Source: Camelus ferus
Lineage: Eukaryota
Reading direction: 5' to 3'
DNA: 64,000 nt
Assembly: GCF_009834535.1 (NCBI RefSeq)
Contig: NC_045696.1
Span: 40,922,001 to 40,986,000, forward strand
The notes under the pieces were generated by a model, which was not told the DNA's origin, ran no database searches, and saw only the letters and a list, made by a program, of their open reading frames with translations. A program made the translations under genes and the position numbers. Shown here piece after piece: positions 1 through 11,800 of this stretch; position 1 is the stretch's first letter, and each line of letters begins with the position of its first letter.

Positions 1-511
1 AGTCAGTGAAGTATCAGGTCTTGGTATCCTGGTGGTTAATCACCTGATACATTGACATTGCTGGAGTTGGAATCATTATGTAGAAAACTTGGTCTGGTGC
101 TACTCTTCTTTGAGCAGCACCTAAGCATTACGTTTTGGTCTGTGAGTAGCTGTGGGAAGCAAGGTGACGTTTGTTAGAGGAGATGGTAGCCCCACCCTTC
201 CTAGCAGCCTCTGGGCTCTTCAAATTCAAGAAGGAGCTAATGATTCAGAGCCCCCTGGTCTTAGGGGAAACACTGTTTCAGCCATGAGCCCCCTGGGAGA
301 ATGGCTGTGGCATAATTTGGTCAAGTCCAGTGAAGTGTGAGTCTCTGCCAAAGATTTTGTCAAGATAAATGTCTGAAAGTCTTTCTTTTTGCTTTCTCCC
401 TGGTAACACTTTTAGCTTCGTAAAGGCCAGTTTTTAGCCTAATGGTTCTCAGAGTCCTTTTACACAATTAAAAATTAATTCCATTGAGCTTTTGTTTATG
501 TACGTTATAGC

Positions 512-703
512 TAGTGGTGAACTGGTAAATGTTTAACAACCAGCTGTTGGAGAAAAAGTCGATTTTGTGGTAGCATTTGCCAATTTCCATGGCGTACTTA
601 CTACCAAACTCAAGTGATCAATGTAACACCTCAACACAGAGCTGGGAATAGGTGCGCAGTCAGCACTTGTGTGCTGGTGCAGTTCTGCTCTAGCACACTG
701 CTG
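512..703 (-). mobile_element. MER63A-like hAT (Blackjack) MITE
   Basis: Degenerate terminal inverted repeats (tagtggtgaactgg ... ctagcacactgctg) and internal tagcatttgccaatttccatgg resemble the recalled consensus. Confidence 0.7.
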
Positions 704-927
704 TTTACATCTGTATAGATATTTACCATATTGGAAAATAAGACAGAATTTTAAAAGAATACATGAACACACAATTAGCTATAAGGATGATGACATTATC
801 ATGTGCAATTTGACCTTTGAGAAACAGCACAGTGTACTCAGGAGGGTTCAAGTGAAAAGGGCAAATGACTTTAAGTGTACAGCTTGGCAGAATTTAACAC
901 ATGTATACATCCATGACGCCATTCCAC

Positions 928-2115
928 TTCTTATTCATGATTTTAGAGGAAAAGCTTTCAGCTTTACACCATTAGGATGTTAGCTATGGGTTTGTCATAA
1001 ATTATGTTGAAGGATGTTCCCTCTATACCAACTTTGGTGAGTTTTAATCATGAATGGATGTTGAATCTTGTCAAATGGTTTTTCCATTATCTATTGAGAT
1101 GATCGTGTGATTTTTATTCCTTTTGTTAATGTGGTGTATCACATTGATTAATTTGCAGATATTGGACCATCCTTGCATCCCTGGAATAAATCCTACTTGA
1201 ATCACTGTGTATGATCCTTTTTATATATTGTTGAATTTGGTTTGCTGATACTTTGTAGGGGATTTTTGCATCTATTTTCATCAGAGACACTGGCCTGTAA
1301 TTTTCTTTTTTATAGTGTCTTTGTCTCATTTTGGTATCAGGGTGATTGATTGATGCTGGCCTTATGAATTTGGGGGAGTGCTCCCTCCTCTTTTTTGAAA
1401 TAGTTTGAGGACAGGTATTAGCTCTTCTTTGTATTTTGGTGGCTTTCCGCTGTGAAGCTGTCTGGTCCTGGACTTTTGTTTGCTTGGAGTTTTAAAATTA
1501 CTAATTTAATTTCACTGCTAATGATTGGCCTGTTCAGAGTGTCAATTTCTTGATTCAGTCTTGAAAGATTGTATGTTTCTAGAATTTTTTCTAGGTTGTC
1601 CCATTTGTTGGCATATCATTCTTCATAGTGTTCTCTCTTTTTTTAAATCTCTGACATTGGTTATAATTTCTCCTCTTTCATTTCTTTTTTGGGGGTTCTC
1701 TTTTTTTCTTAAAGAGCCTGGCTAAAGGCCTGTCAGTTTTATCTTTTCAAAAAACCAGCTCTTGGTTTCATTGGTCTTTTCTGTTTTCTCTTGTTTGTTT
1801 CTATTTATTTCTTCTATGATCTTTATTATTTCCTGCCTTCTGCTGACTTTGGGCTTTGTTTTTTGTTTTTGTTTTTTCTAATTCCTTTAGATGTAGATTG
1901 AGATCTTTTTTGTTTCTTGAGTAGGCCTGTATTGCTATAAACGTCCCTCTTAGAACTGTTATTTTTTTTTTAATTGAAGTACCATCAGTTACAATGTGTC
2001 AATTTCTGGTATACAGCGCAACGTCCCATAGAACTGTTATGCTGCATCCCACAGATTTTTGGAAAGTTGCATTCTTATTTACGTATGTCTTGAGGTATTT
2101 TCTGATTTCCTCTTT
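928..2115 (-). mobile_element. LINE-1 ORF2 fragment (region at the start of the RT domain), decayed
   Basis: ORF 1126..1329 gives [17 protein letters not shown]...[10 protein letters not shown], a hallmark L1 ORF2p peptide; frameshifted. Confidence 0.92.
1963..2028 (-). mobile_element. Severely 5'-truncated young L1 3' end inserted in the older L1
   Basis: Poly(T) plus about 55 nt matching the end of the element at 11393-11707; TSD tagaactgttat at 1951-1962 and 2029-2040. Confidence 0.85.
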
Positions 2116-4548
2116 GAAAAGATACCTCACCTTTATACAGCATTCCTACAACAGCCAGAGGCAGACGGATTCTAAAGCTTGTTTTTGTATTTCATCATCA
2201 TAAATGCATGTCTTCTTGTCCTTTTGCTGTTACCAGGCCATCTTGCCTTCTGGTGCATCTGAAGACTGTGTATGGAGTAGGCATCTCCTATTAGTATGTA
2301 ATATTTTATTCTTAGAAAGTAAGTGGTAACATGGCCCCTGATTCCACCTTGAAGAAAAATGGTATCTGATCAAAATGAATGCTGGATTTGGTCCACATGA
2401 AGTGGGAGAAGACTGCAGCCCAAGGCCATGGAAAAGGTGTAAACAACTGTCATTCCCCTGTACTCTTTCAGTGAGTTAGTTAGGCAATGATACTTTTTTG
2501 TCTAATACTTTGAAGCCCACTATCCACATGTTAAGACATCTGTCCCCTGCAGTTTAGATGAGGTAACACATTCAGCTAATGGAACTGATTCCTTCACAAG
2601 CATAACAACAGATGCTGCAATTAAGTCAGGATGTGCAGTCAGTCATGAAAATGAAAATGTGGCTTGACTCTGACTGAGCTTGTTTGAAGTTGAGAGTTAA
2701 CAGATAATGGGTGTTGCATTGGTTTCAAGTGAATAAATTAACATTCCAGGGTTTCAAATGACTAAATAGTAGTCAGACTGTGGCATCAATTTAGGGGACT
2801 CCTTGCTGCTACCAGATCTGTGCAAAACACCCTAAAAAGGGATTTAGACCCTTTTTAAAAAAGGGTTTAGACAGGAGTTTAGGTTTCAGGATGAATGTTC
2901 TGCTCTACTGGCACTAGTTTTTCATCTTTTATGCTGCTTCATAAGCACTGCTGTATAGGTTTTGGTGGTGAAGGGGTCTGATGAAGCCAGGGGATGGAAA
3001 GGGAAAAGATGTGCATTCTGTGATCTCTGCACTGGCCAAACATATTGCCAGGGCAACAGGCTTAATACGGGCTTTTCTCCTCTATTCCTTATACATACCT
3101 TTTTGTCACAGCTTCCTATTTCTTGCCAAATTATTATCTTCATTCAGCTTTTCTTCTTTTTGAGTGAAGATTGGAAGGTAAATAAAAGGTAGTTGTTGAA
3201 GAGAAGGCACTTAGTATAAAATGGCCTTGTTAAAACCACAAATTAAAAAATTAAGCTCTAGATCTACAGTCAAATGCCTAAAACACATACATACAAGGAC
3301 ATTAACTCTTGTTCAATGATTACTTCGTAGCTCATTTGTAATTTATCAAATGACCAAAAATCTGGAAGAGTGGAGCATGGTGGGGAAGGTGCAGTAATGT
3401 TTCAAGTGTTGTGATCCTAGCTCTTCTTGCAATATTTTAAACCCTGCAAATGTATTCATTGTGCACAACTATTCTTTCCCTTATTGTATCTGTAGGATCA
3501 TTCTCAAAGTTTCTCCCTCAAAACAAAACAAAAACCATGCCATACTGTTAAAAAACTCATTCTTTTTCACTCAGTTTCTTAAAGGAGTCATTTCTATTCA
3601 CTAGTTAATTCTTGTCTTTCAGTCACTTTTCAGACCCTTGTAGCCAGATTCTCCCCTCACCATTCTAGTGACAGTTCCTTGGCAGAGATTATTAACCATC
3701 TCTTTGCAAACCTGTCCATTTGGCTCCTTGAAACCCAACACCATCAGTGTGACCTTGGTGTTACCATCTCAGTGACCCCTTTTGCATTGCCACCTTTATC
3801 CCATAGAGGGTGATATTTCCCAGTTTTTTTTTAGTCCTTTTTGTCCTGATGTAATCTCATTCACATGCATGGTCTTAAACATAGGCTGATAATTCTCAAA
3901 CACATAGTTCCACTATCGGCGTCTCCTTACCAGTTTAAAAAAAACAAAACAAATAGCTTCATCTTGCTAGACTCTATACTTGGATGGCTTATTTTCAGCT
4001 CAGACTCATTATGTGCCTTCACTTAGGTTTTGTGTGTGTGTGTGTTTTTTGGTGTCCCCATTTCCTTACCTAAATCTTACCTAAATTACTCAAGGCTTAG
4101 CAGGATTTATTACTGTCCTGTGTTCCATACCACAGTGTATGTAGCTTTATGGCACCAAGACTCATCCTAGTTTGGGAACTTCCTGAGCCACCTGATGGGT
4201 GCTCAGTAAGTGCTGAGCTGGAGTGATTCATTCCTACAGTTTGTACTTGTTCATGTGCAAGCTTTCTAGCTAACTTCTACATATTCTGGAATGGTTCCCT
4301 TACCCTAAGGGATTCTAATCTGGGAAGATCTAGGACATGGGAGTAGCTTCAGATAATTTAGAGCTGGGTGGGACCTTCATTTACTTAAGATCACACAGCC
4401 AGTGGAAAGTTGTGTTAGAACCAAGGTCACCTGGTGCTCAGGCCGGTAATACTTTTCCCTACACCATGCTGTTGTCCAAAATAGAAACTGTAATCCTCTG
4501 AACTCCTGAAAGAGTAAGCTCAAGATGAATTAATAAAAGCTAAGAACA

Positions 4549-5021
4549 TGTAGAGACGGGCAGTCCATTCTCTGTAGGTCTCCTAAATTTCTGCATGTCT
4601 CACAGAGGCAATGATAGCTTTTCTACCAGACTGTCCTTTCAAAGACATTTGTATAAAGTGAACAGCTTTGGAAGATAGAGGTTCTCTCTTTCTGAAGCAC
4701 AGTAGGACAGGTCTGTTTACTAACTAGTATAATAAAAATAATGTTTCCCTCTGATGCAAAAATCAGGCCTGTTTGCTTATAGCCAGGCTCATTAAGATGT
4801 GGGTTTCCTAAGCTCAGAGTTCTCAGCTGTGACACAAACCCACGGCCTGTGCAGCCTCCACCTAGATTACTACAGGTCACATCCACGGGATGTGAAGTTC
4901 ATGTTGCTTACCATGCTCTAATCAGTCCATCTTCTCTGATCCAGTTCTCACATCTTCTGCCAGCATTCACAAAACTGTAGTTTGCAAGGGCAAAATCTTA
5001 GACCCGTCACAATTCTTGACA
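4549..5021 (+). mobile_element. ERVL-class solo LTR (MER76-like; subfamily uncertain)
   Basis: TG...CA ends; terminal cttagacccgtcacaattcttgaca and cttctgccagcattcacaaaactgt resemble the recalled consensus. Confidence 0.55.
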
Positions 5022-5359
5022 TAAAGCAGATATTCTGGGAAATAAAATTGGGTAAAATTTGCTTAATATAGCAGTCCATTGATAATTAGAGCATGGGTCA
5101 TCTGTGCAGAATCCCACCTCCTCTAGCTGGTCCTCCTTGCTTCAAACTCTCTATACCCTCTAAAATGGTTTCCAGGACTCAGATTCAGTCATGATCTCCC
5201 CCCCCCCCCCCTTTATTTGCTGTAGAGCCCTATCTAACTGCCAAACCCTCCCATGGCCTCTAGGAAGCACCTGCACAGTCATGTTACCTTCCAGTGCCAG
5301 CAAAAGAAATTGATCCAATGTTTCCCTGGGCTCTGAATAGCCAAATAGCCAAAGGAGTC

Positions 5360-5780
5360 TGTATTAGTTTCCCATGGCTATTGTAACACACTGCCACAGA
5401 TTTAGTGGCTTAAAACAACAAAAACTTACTCATAGTTCTGAAGGCCAGAAGTCTGAAAACGGTTTCACTGGGCTCAAATCAAGGTGTCAGTAGGGCCAAG
5501 CTCTGCTCTAGGGCAGAATCCTTTCTTGCCTTTCCAGCTTTTGGTGGCTGCCAGCATCCCTTGGCTTGTGGCAGCATCACTCCAATCTCTGCCTGTTATC
5601 ACATTGTCTTCTCGTGTCTGAAATCTCCCTTTTACAAGGACACTTGTAACTACATTTGGGAGTCCACCTAGATAACCCAGGATATTTTCCCCACCACTTT
5701 TGCCATATAAGGTAACATTCACAGGTTCTAGAGATCAAGATGTAGGTATCTTTGGGGGAACCATTATTCATTCTATCACA
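5360..5780 (-). mobile_element. MaLR solo LTR (MLT1D-like)
   Basis: tgtattagtttcc...ggcttaaaacaac...gtttcactgggctcaaatcaaggtgtcag...ccattattcattctatcaca. Confidence 0.85.
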
Positions 5781-6123
5781 GTGTGTTAAGGCTTCCAAAT
5801 AGGTCAAGTTAAAATTCTTTTCACTTTGTTCACAAACATTTTACAAAGAACTAAGGGTAGGATTATTACCCCTCCCATCACCACGCCTATGTTACTTCCT
5901 TATAAATACAAAGGCCGTACAACCCAGTTTACCCAGGAGAGTCTTGAGTGATTATTACTTTTATGCTCAAAAGTTTCCTGGGTAAATTAGTCTTCCTGTT
6001 TTTAAACAGCCTTAAGAAGATGACAGTTACGCTCTCCTGGGAAGAAGCACTATTAAACTACAATCTGAGTCTCCCCAGAGCAGAAAGTTCTACCTGAATT
6101 GTGTTTTAACGCCAAAGCTTCTT

Positions 6124-6288
6124 GGGAAGGGTATAGCTCAAGTGGTAGAGCACTTGCTTAGCATGCATGAGGGTCTAGGTTCAATCCCTAGTGCCTCCTC
6201 TAAATCCTCTAAAAATAAATAAGCCTAATTAGTGCCCCCTGCCAAAATAATTAAGTAACAATAAATGTTTAAAAAACAAAAAATAAAA
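6124..6288 (+). mobile_element. tRNA-derived SINE (camelid Vic-1-like)
   Basis: A box tagctcaagtgg, B box ggttcaatccc, A-rich tail; TSD ccaaagcttctt at 6112-6123 and 6289-6300. Confidence 0.9.
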
Positions 6289-6732
6289 CCAAAGCTTCTT
6301 ACTGTTTTGAGATCTCTATTCATACCACAATCACTCAAGGATGACAGGGTTTTTTTTCAGGCATCCTTTCCTAGACTCCCAAGTGGTTGAAAACTAATCA
6401 AAACTCACTCATCAATGAAACCAGTTTGAGGACCGGTAACCTTCCAGGCTGCTGTGCAAGTACGGGTAAGGTACAGGCAGGAGTAAAGTAAGCTGGCTCC
6501 ACTAGCTCTTCTTAGAGCTTTGTTTCCCCAGTAGGAAGGATGGGAAACTGCATCTTTCATACCCCAAACTTATATTGCTTCATATATTAACAAACATGTC
6601 CAGTATGTTCCTATTTTCAAAGTTAGTATGAGCCCACAAGAGAATGATAATGAACTTACCCAGTACTATGGTAAATGAACATAATGTCTATCTTTCTATT
6701 TAAAGAATAGATAGAAAAGCTTGAATGTAATA

Positions 6733-6738
6733 TTTATT
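6733..6738 (-). terminator. Distal polyadenylation signal AATAAA of TOMM70
   Basis: tttatt on plus; UGUA elements upstream and U-rich element downstream on minus. Confidence 0.65.
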
Positions 6739-8328
6739 TGGTGAATTTACATGTGAGGTCATTTACAAAAGAAAAGATACAGATGCAGCTTTCAGTGCAG
6801 TTTCAAATATTTTTCAGAACAGGCAATAATCCGTGAGGATTTGGAATGACAGTATTGTATGGCACATGCTTCTGTTTCCTTTGTGTGTTTTTCTGCCCAA
6901 CCCCAAGGGGTAGGAAGAGAGAAGAGAGAAGAAAATAAGTATCAGTGTTAATGTAAATACAGCCATGCAAATAAAAACTTTAAGTCAGAGATGAGTCAGA
7001 GATGTAGAACACTTCTATATGCAGAGGTTATTATAGTAGGTGCGTAATTTAGAACTCAAATGCAGAGCTCTCATACTTTATGTTATCCAAACCATCTTAA
7101 ATTATGTTAACTGCTCCCACAAATTAGAGGCCCCTCAAAAATTTCCAGACTCTGACTTTGGAAGGGAGTAATTTCTAATAACTTCTAGATAGCATTTTAG
7201 ATGAAATATTTTGGTTTCAATAGGATAAAGCACCCTTTTAAAGAGGGGTAAAAATGCTCATTTACTGCCGACAATGTAAACTATAGCCAGATTTCATTTC
7301 CAAAAAATACAATTGAAGGCTTGCTGTTTTATTAAACTTAAGTAAACCTCTCCCCGCCCTGAATATCTCAAAATAAGACTCTTAAAGAACGCAACCTCTC
7401 CTCCCACCAGAAAAATCCAGCATATAAACAAAAGGATGGTCTATAAAGGTGGAAACTGGAAAAAAATAATAAAGTGATTTCTAAATAAGAGGGTAAGGTA
7501 AAGGTAAAACAAACAGAACAATCTGCTGTCAGTATCCCTAGTGAAGAACCAGATGGGTAGTCAGGCCCTTGAGACCAAGGTTAGCTCAAAATAAAAATGC
7601 AGTCCACATGTCCTCAGCATCTTTGAAAATACTGGCTCAAAATTCCTTAAGTACACATAGTTGTAGTAGAGAAGCATTTAGGAAATGCTATGCTTCTGGC
7701 TTTGAGAGTTACATTCTTTTTGAACCTTTAGCCATATTTTCTTCACTAGAAATTTTGAGCTAATTAATTACTTAATCACACTTACTTCATCTTTATATAC
7801 ACAACCAACCTGCATTTTTTTTCCTTAAGTACACTATTAAATAGTAGTACCTATGGTAGACAATAGCTGTGGACAATTACAAACACATTTCCATTTCATC
7901 TTACCTCTTGCCTGGTGTGCTTTCCCATTAATAGTCTTCTAGCACATGTATCAGTTAGAATATCTCACTTCTGCATAGTTGACTGTATGAAAACCAGCTG
8001 TTGTGGACTTTAAACATGATGTACATCATCCACTGGACTTGAAGAGAGTCAAAAGGTTTAAGCGTTGCCACTGAGTCTAACTTTCTGCAGAATCAGAGGC
8101 ACTGTACATGCTGATGGTGTTTTAAAGGGTCTCTTAATTTTGCTGCCATAAGAACAAAAGCTCCACTTAAGCTTTGTTTTCTTCCAAAAAATCAACTGAA
8201 AGAGATTAATCGAATCCAAAAGAATCCTATTTTACAGCGCTTATCATGTTAATTTTAAAACATGCTGTAAAATATTCATACACACACACAGACAAAATCA
8301 TCCAGAACATAATCATCCTCTCCCACGC

Positions 8329-8365
<37 letters not shown>

Positions 8366-8386
8366 CCAGATCAACAAATCAAAGTT

Positions 8387-8430
8387 TTTATTTGCATGGC
8401 CAATTATCATTTGTACTCTGCAACTTTATT
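8387..8430 (-). terminator. Candidate proximal tandem poly(A) signals (AATAAA at 8430-8425 and 8392-8387)
   Basis: Two AATAAA on minus, followed by GU-rich gatttgttgatctgg and a U31 run. Confidence 0.55.
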
Positions 8431-8673
8431 TTTAACATCCCTTTAACAGGTTCTAAGCTTTTGTTGCACAGGGAATAAAAGCTGCAACACTGCAAACTTC
8501 CTTCAACAGCCACTCCCACAACACCTAAACGTGAAACGGATGTAACGAATGACAACAGCACAAACGGAAATACTAAGTTCCACCATTCAGCACAGTTCTT
8601 GACAGTGTCTTTAGGGTTCAGTTGAAGGAGGGGTAAACTTCTAAAAACAGGGTCATTTTCCTTCCCCCATATT

Positions 8674-8827
8674 TTATAATGTTGGTGGTTTTAAACCATA
8701 TTTCTTTGCAACTTCTGTCTGGGCATGGGCAGCATCACAGAGTGAGTATAGATGAGCCATCTCCATTTCTGATTTGGCCAAGTTAATAGCTTTGTTGAAC
8801 ATGTCAATGGCTTTCTCCATGTTTCCT
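8674..8827 (-). CDS. TOMM70: TOMM70 exon 12 coding part (GNMEKAIDMF...LKPPTL*)
   Basis: ttttag acceptor at 8828; TAA stop at 8676-8674. Confidence 0.98.
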
Positions 8828-11800
8828 CTAAAAGAACAAAAATTTGAAACTTCAGATTCAACAAGCACTTCACAGAATGCAAAGAAGTTTGTAAGTGATG
8901 CTACATGGAGCCTGACCTTTAAGTTTCAACTATGATTCTAATAAAATGCTTCTTTATAACAGAAAAATCCCTAGCACGTAGAAAACACTGAATGAATGTT
9001 AGCTACTATTACAAATACCACGGGTTTACGTGATACTACTTGTGGTCTCTGTTTACAGATAAGAATAATGAGACGAGAGAAATTAATTTAAAAAAAATAA
9101 CTTTTAAAGTTCATTATTAAGTAGGCAGATTTGCTAAATCCTAGGATAATCAGCAATTTCATTAATTCACATTCATTTATCTATTTGTAAGGCAGGATTT
9201 AGAATGGATTTCTTAGAGTACAATTAACACACAAACAAAATTCATCAAATTCCATAAATCAGGGGTCCTTAACCCAGGCTCTATGAACAACTTAAATGCA
9301 AAGAGTTTTTGTATGTGCAATATTCTAGGAAAAATCCACAGCTTTGCTCAAAAGATTAAGAACTACTACCTTATCCTATTCTAGTACAATAATGTAATTC
9401 ACATTAACAAACTGGCAGTTAAGAAGTAATTTAATATTTACATGCAAGTCACAGTATAGAATGGTTCAAAAGAATCACAAAAATTTTCCTCAGCCTATAT
9501 ATATTCTGCCTACTCTGGAGCAGAGAGAGAGAAGACTCAGGAGGGACTGAATGACAGGTAATTAAGACAACTCCTACTGGTTCCTAATAAGTGGTGGTGG
9601 CAAGATCAGTTACTTTGGCATCAGTGAAATGTGGGTTTATATCCTCTTTCTACTGCTGGCTCACCAGGCAACCCTATTAACTCAACCAGTCTGGGCACTG
9701 ATTTCTACACTCTTTAATTAAATTGAGGATCACAAAACCTCAAACTTTATAAAGACTAGATCAACTGAACTAATATTTGGAAAACACCTGAAGTTCAGTA
9801 GCTGGCCTAGAGTTCTCAAACAGATGGCAACACCAGTATCAAGATGGTATACTACACTACATTCTACGGCATAAACAGCTGTCCTCTGTTAATGGAGCTC
9901 AAATGCAACTCTGAACAAACATTTACAGAAGACATGAAGTTATGGGGAAGTCAGAACTGCACAAAATCTTATCCAACTCCTTGATTTTAAAGAAAACTCT
10001 GCACTCAGAGGTGATGATGCAGTTTGGCTGTGGCAGGATCTAGATCTTCGGGCACCCTGGCTGCCAATCCTTACGCTACCCTTACTGCGTAAGTACACTG
10101 TGGATGTTTTTTTCTCCCTCCAATGGAAATAATACAAGTGACAAGAGGAAAGAACAAACAGGTATTAGAAAAAGATCAAGTTTCCCTTTCTAATGCATAT
10201 ACGTGATTTAAACAACTTTTTTAAGTGTGATTTTTAAATTGGAAAAATGAAACAAGTCAAAGTTGTATAGCTTCAAGGAAATCTTGCCCCCAAAGGCGTA
10301 ACATACTAAGACTTAAAAATTTAATGAGTATTGACAATAACTTATCTATAATGAGAAAATTAAAAAATAAATATCTGCGGAGCTGCCCTAAATTTCTTAA
10401 GGACAGACTCTAGAAGTTACCTTTGTACTTCAATAGTTCCCATGGTTTCATATGCAAAATCACATTTATTGTCAATTTCAATAGCCTTGCTGATAAGCTC
10501 CAAACCTCTATCCAGATCTTGCTTCCACTGAAGTTGAAGTAAACTGCAAATGCAAAACAGCACTCAGATGTGACCATGGCCCAGTATCACCAGGAATAAA
10601 AGCAGGGCTCAATTTCTGCTTCAATGAATTTATAATTTAATTTACAAGGAAAAACAAAGTCTAAAACAATATAAAATCAGCATCAATTTTTTTTTTCAAT
10701 TTATATTGGTTTTGTAGTCTGAATTTCTTATTATGAGAAGAGTATCCAATGGTCTAGGCTCTATATTAAGTTACCTTGCATAGCTTAATGTTTTACTTTG
10801 TATAAATTTAAATGAAGCTTTAAAATGATAATTCAAGTACACTAGGACAGGAAAAACTTATTTCTCGCGTTTTCTATTTTGATATAACTAACACTTGACA
10901 GGATGTTCAGAACTGAAATCCTTAAGCTAGAGTGAAATAGCGTATTTACTAATTGTTATATAAGAATGAAACATAAGTAAAACTTCAAAAAAAAATAGTG
11001 AAACATCCAGAACATTAAGAAATTTGTCAATTAACTCAATCATACTCTCTCTCAGTCCCCTTCCTCAATGACCAAAAGAAATCCATCTTATTACTATGCA
11101 AGAAATTTAGTTTCTTCTGGAACAAATAGAACCACAAAAATACATACCCTTTATGAACATATGTTGTGGCATTATCTGGTTCCAAATCAATACACTTATC
11201 ATACATTTCATCAGCTTTACCAAACTGTTGTTGATCTGTTAATGCCTATTTGAAGAGATACTTCAGTTAAATTTAGGTTAACTGTCACCCTAAGCAGTGA
11301 AAAGTATATTGCTTATCAATTACTAAAATTTACTTCATTTAACCATTCATTACCAAATTATGTTCTGGGGATATAAACTTATTTAAAATGTTAATGAACT
11401 CATCTACAAAATAAATAGAAACAGACTTGCAGACATAGTAAACAATCTTATGGTTACCAGGGGAAAGGGGGTGGGAAGGGGTAAATTTGAGAGTTTGAGA
11501 TTTGCAAACGTTAGCCACTATATAAAAAAATAGATTAAAAAAATTTCTTCTGTATAGCATCGGGAACTATATTCAATATCTTGTAATAACCTTTAATAAA
11601 AAAATACAAAAACCAATATGTGTATGTATATGCATGACTGGGACATTGTACTGTACATCAGAAATTGACATGCTATAACTGACTGTACTTCAATTAAAAG
11701 AAAAAAGTTTCATCTTAATTACTGGGGTTTTACATAGCATTGTTATAAATATGAAATCTTAACTGCCCTCTCAATAGGAGATTAAGAAAAACTGTAGAAT

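Larger units (their letters stand above)
6715..8673 (-). other. TOMM70: TOMM70 3' UTR (long form; distal end approximate)
   Basis: About 2 kb with no recognisable interspersed repeat after the stop, ending near AATAAA at 6738-6733, followed by U-rich sequence (gcttttctatctattcttt on minus). Confidence 0.7.

Noticed and set aside
669..983. 104-aa ORF containing FLAG-like SYKDDD
   Set aside because: Non-ATG start, overlaps MER63 and L1 sequence, and no vector context; a chance match.
6124..6200. tRNA gene (also at about 30630, 45190 and 49022)
   Set aside because: All have A-rich tails and mutually diverged heads, and three have clear target-site duplications: SINE copies, not tRNA genes.
1..6700. 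NIT2 exons, expected from human synteny downstream of TOMM70
   Set aside because: I found no nitrilase-like peptide with splice sites here; the gene probably ends before the window start.
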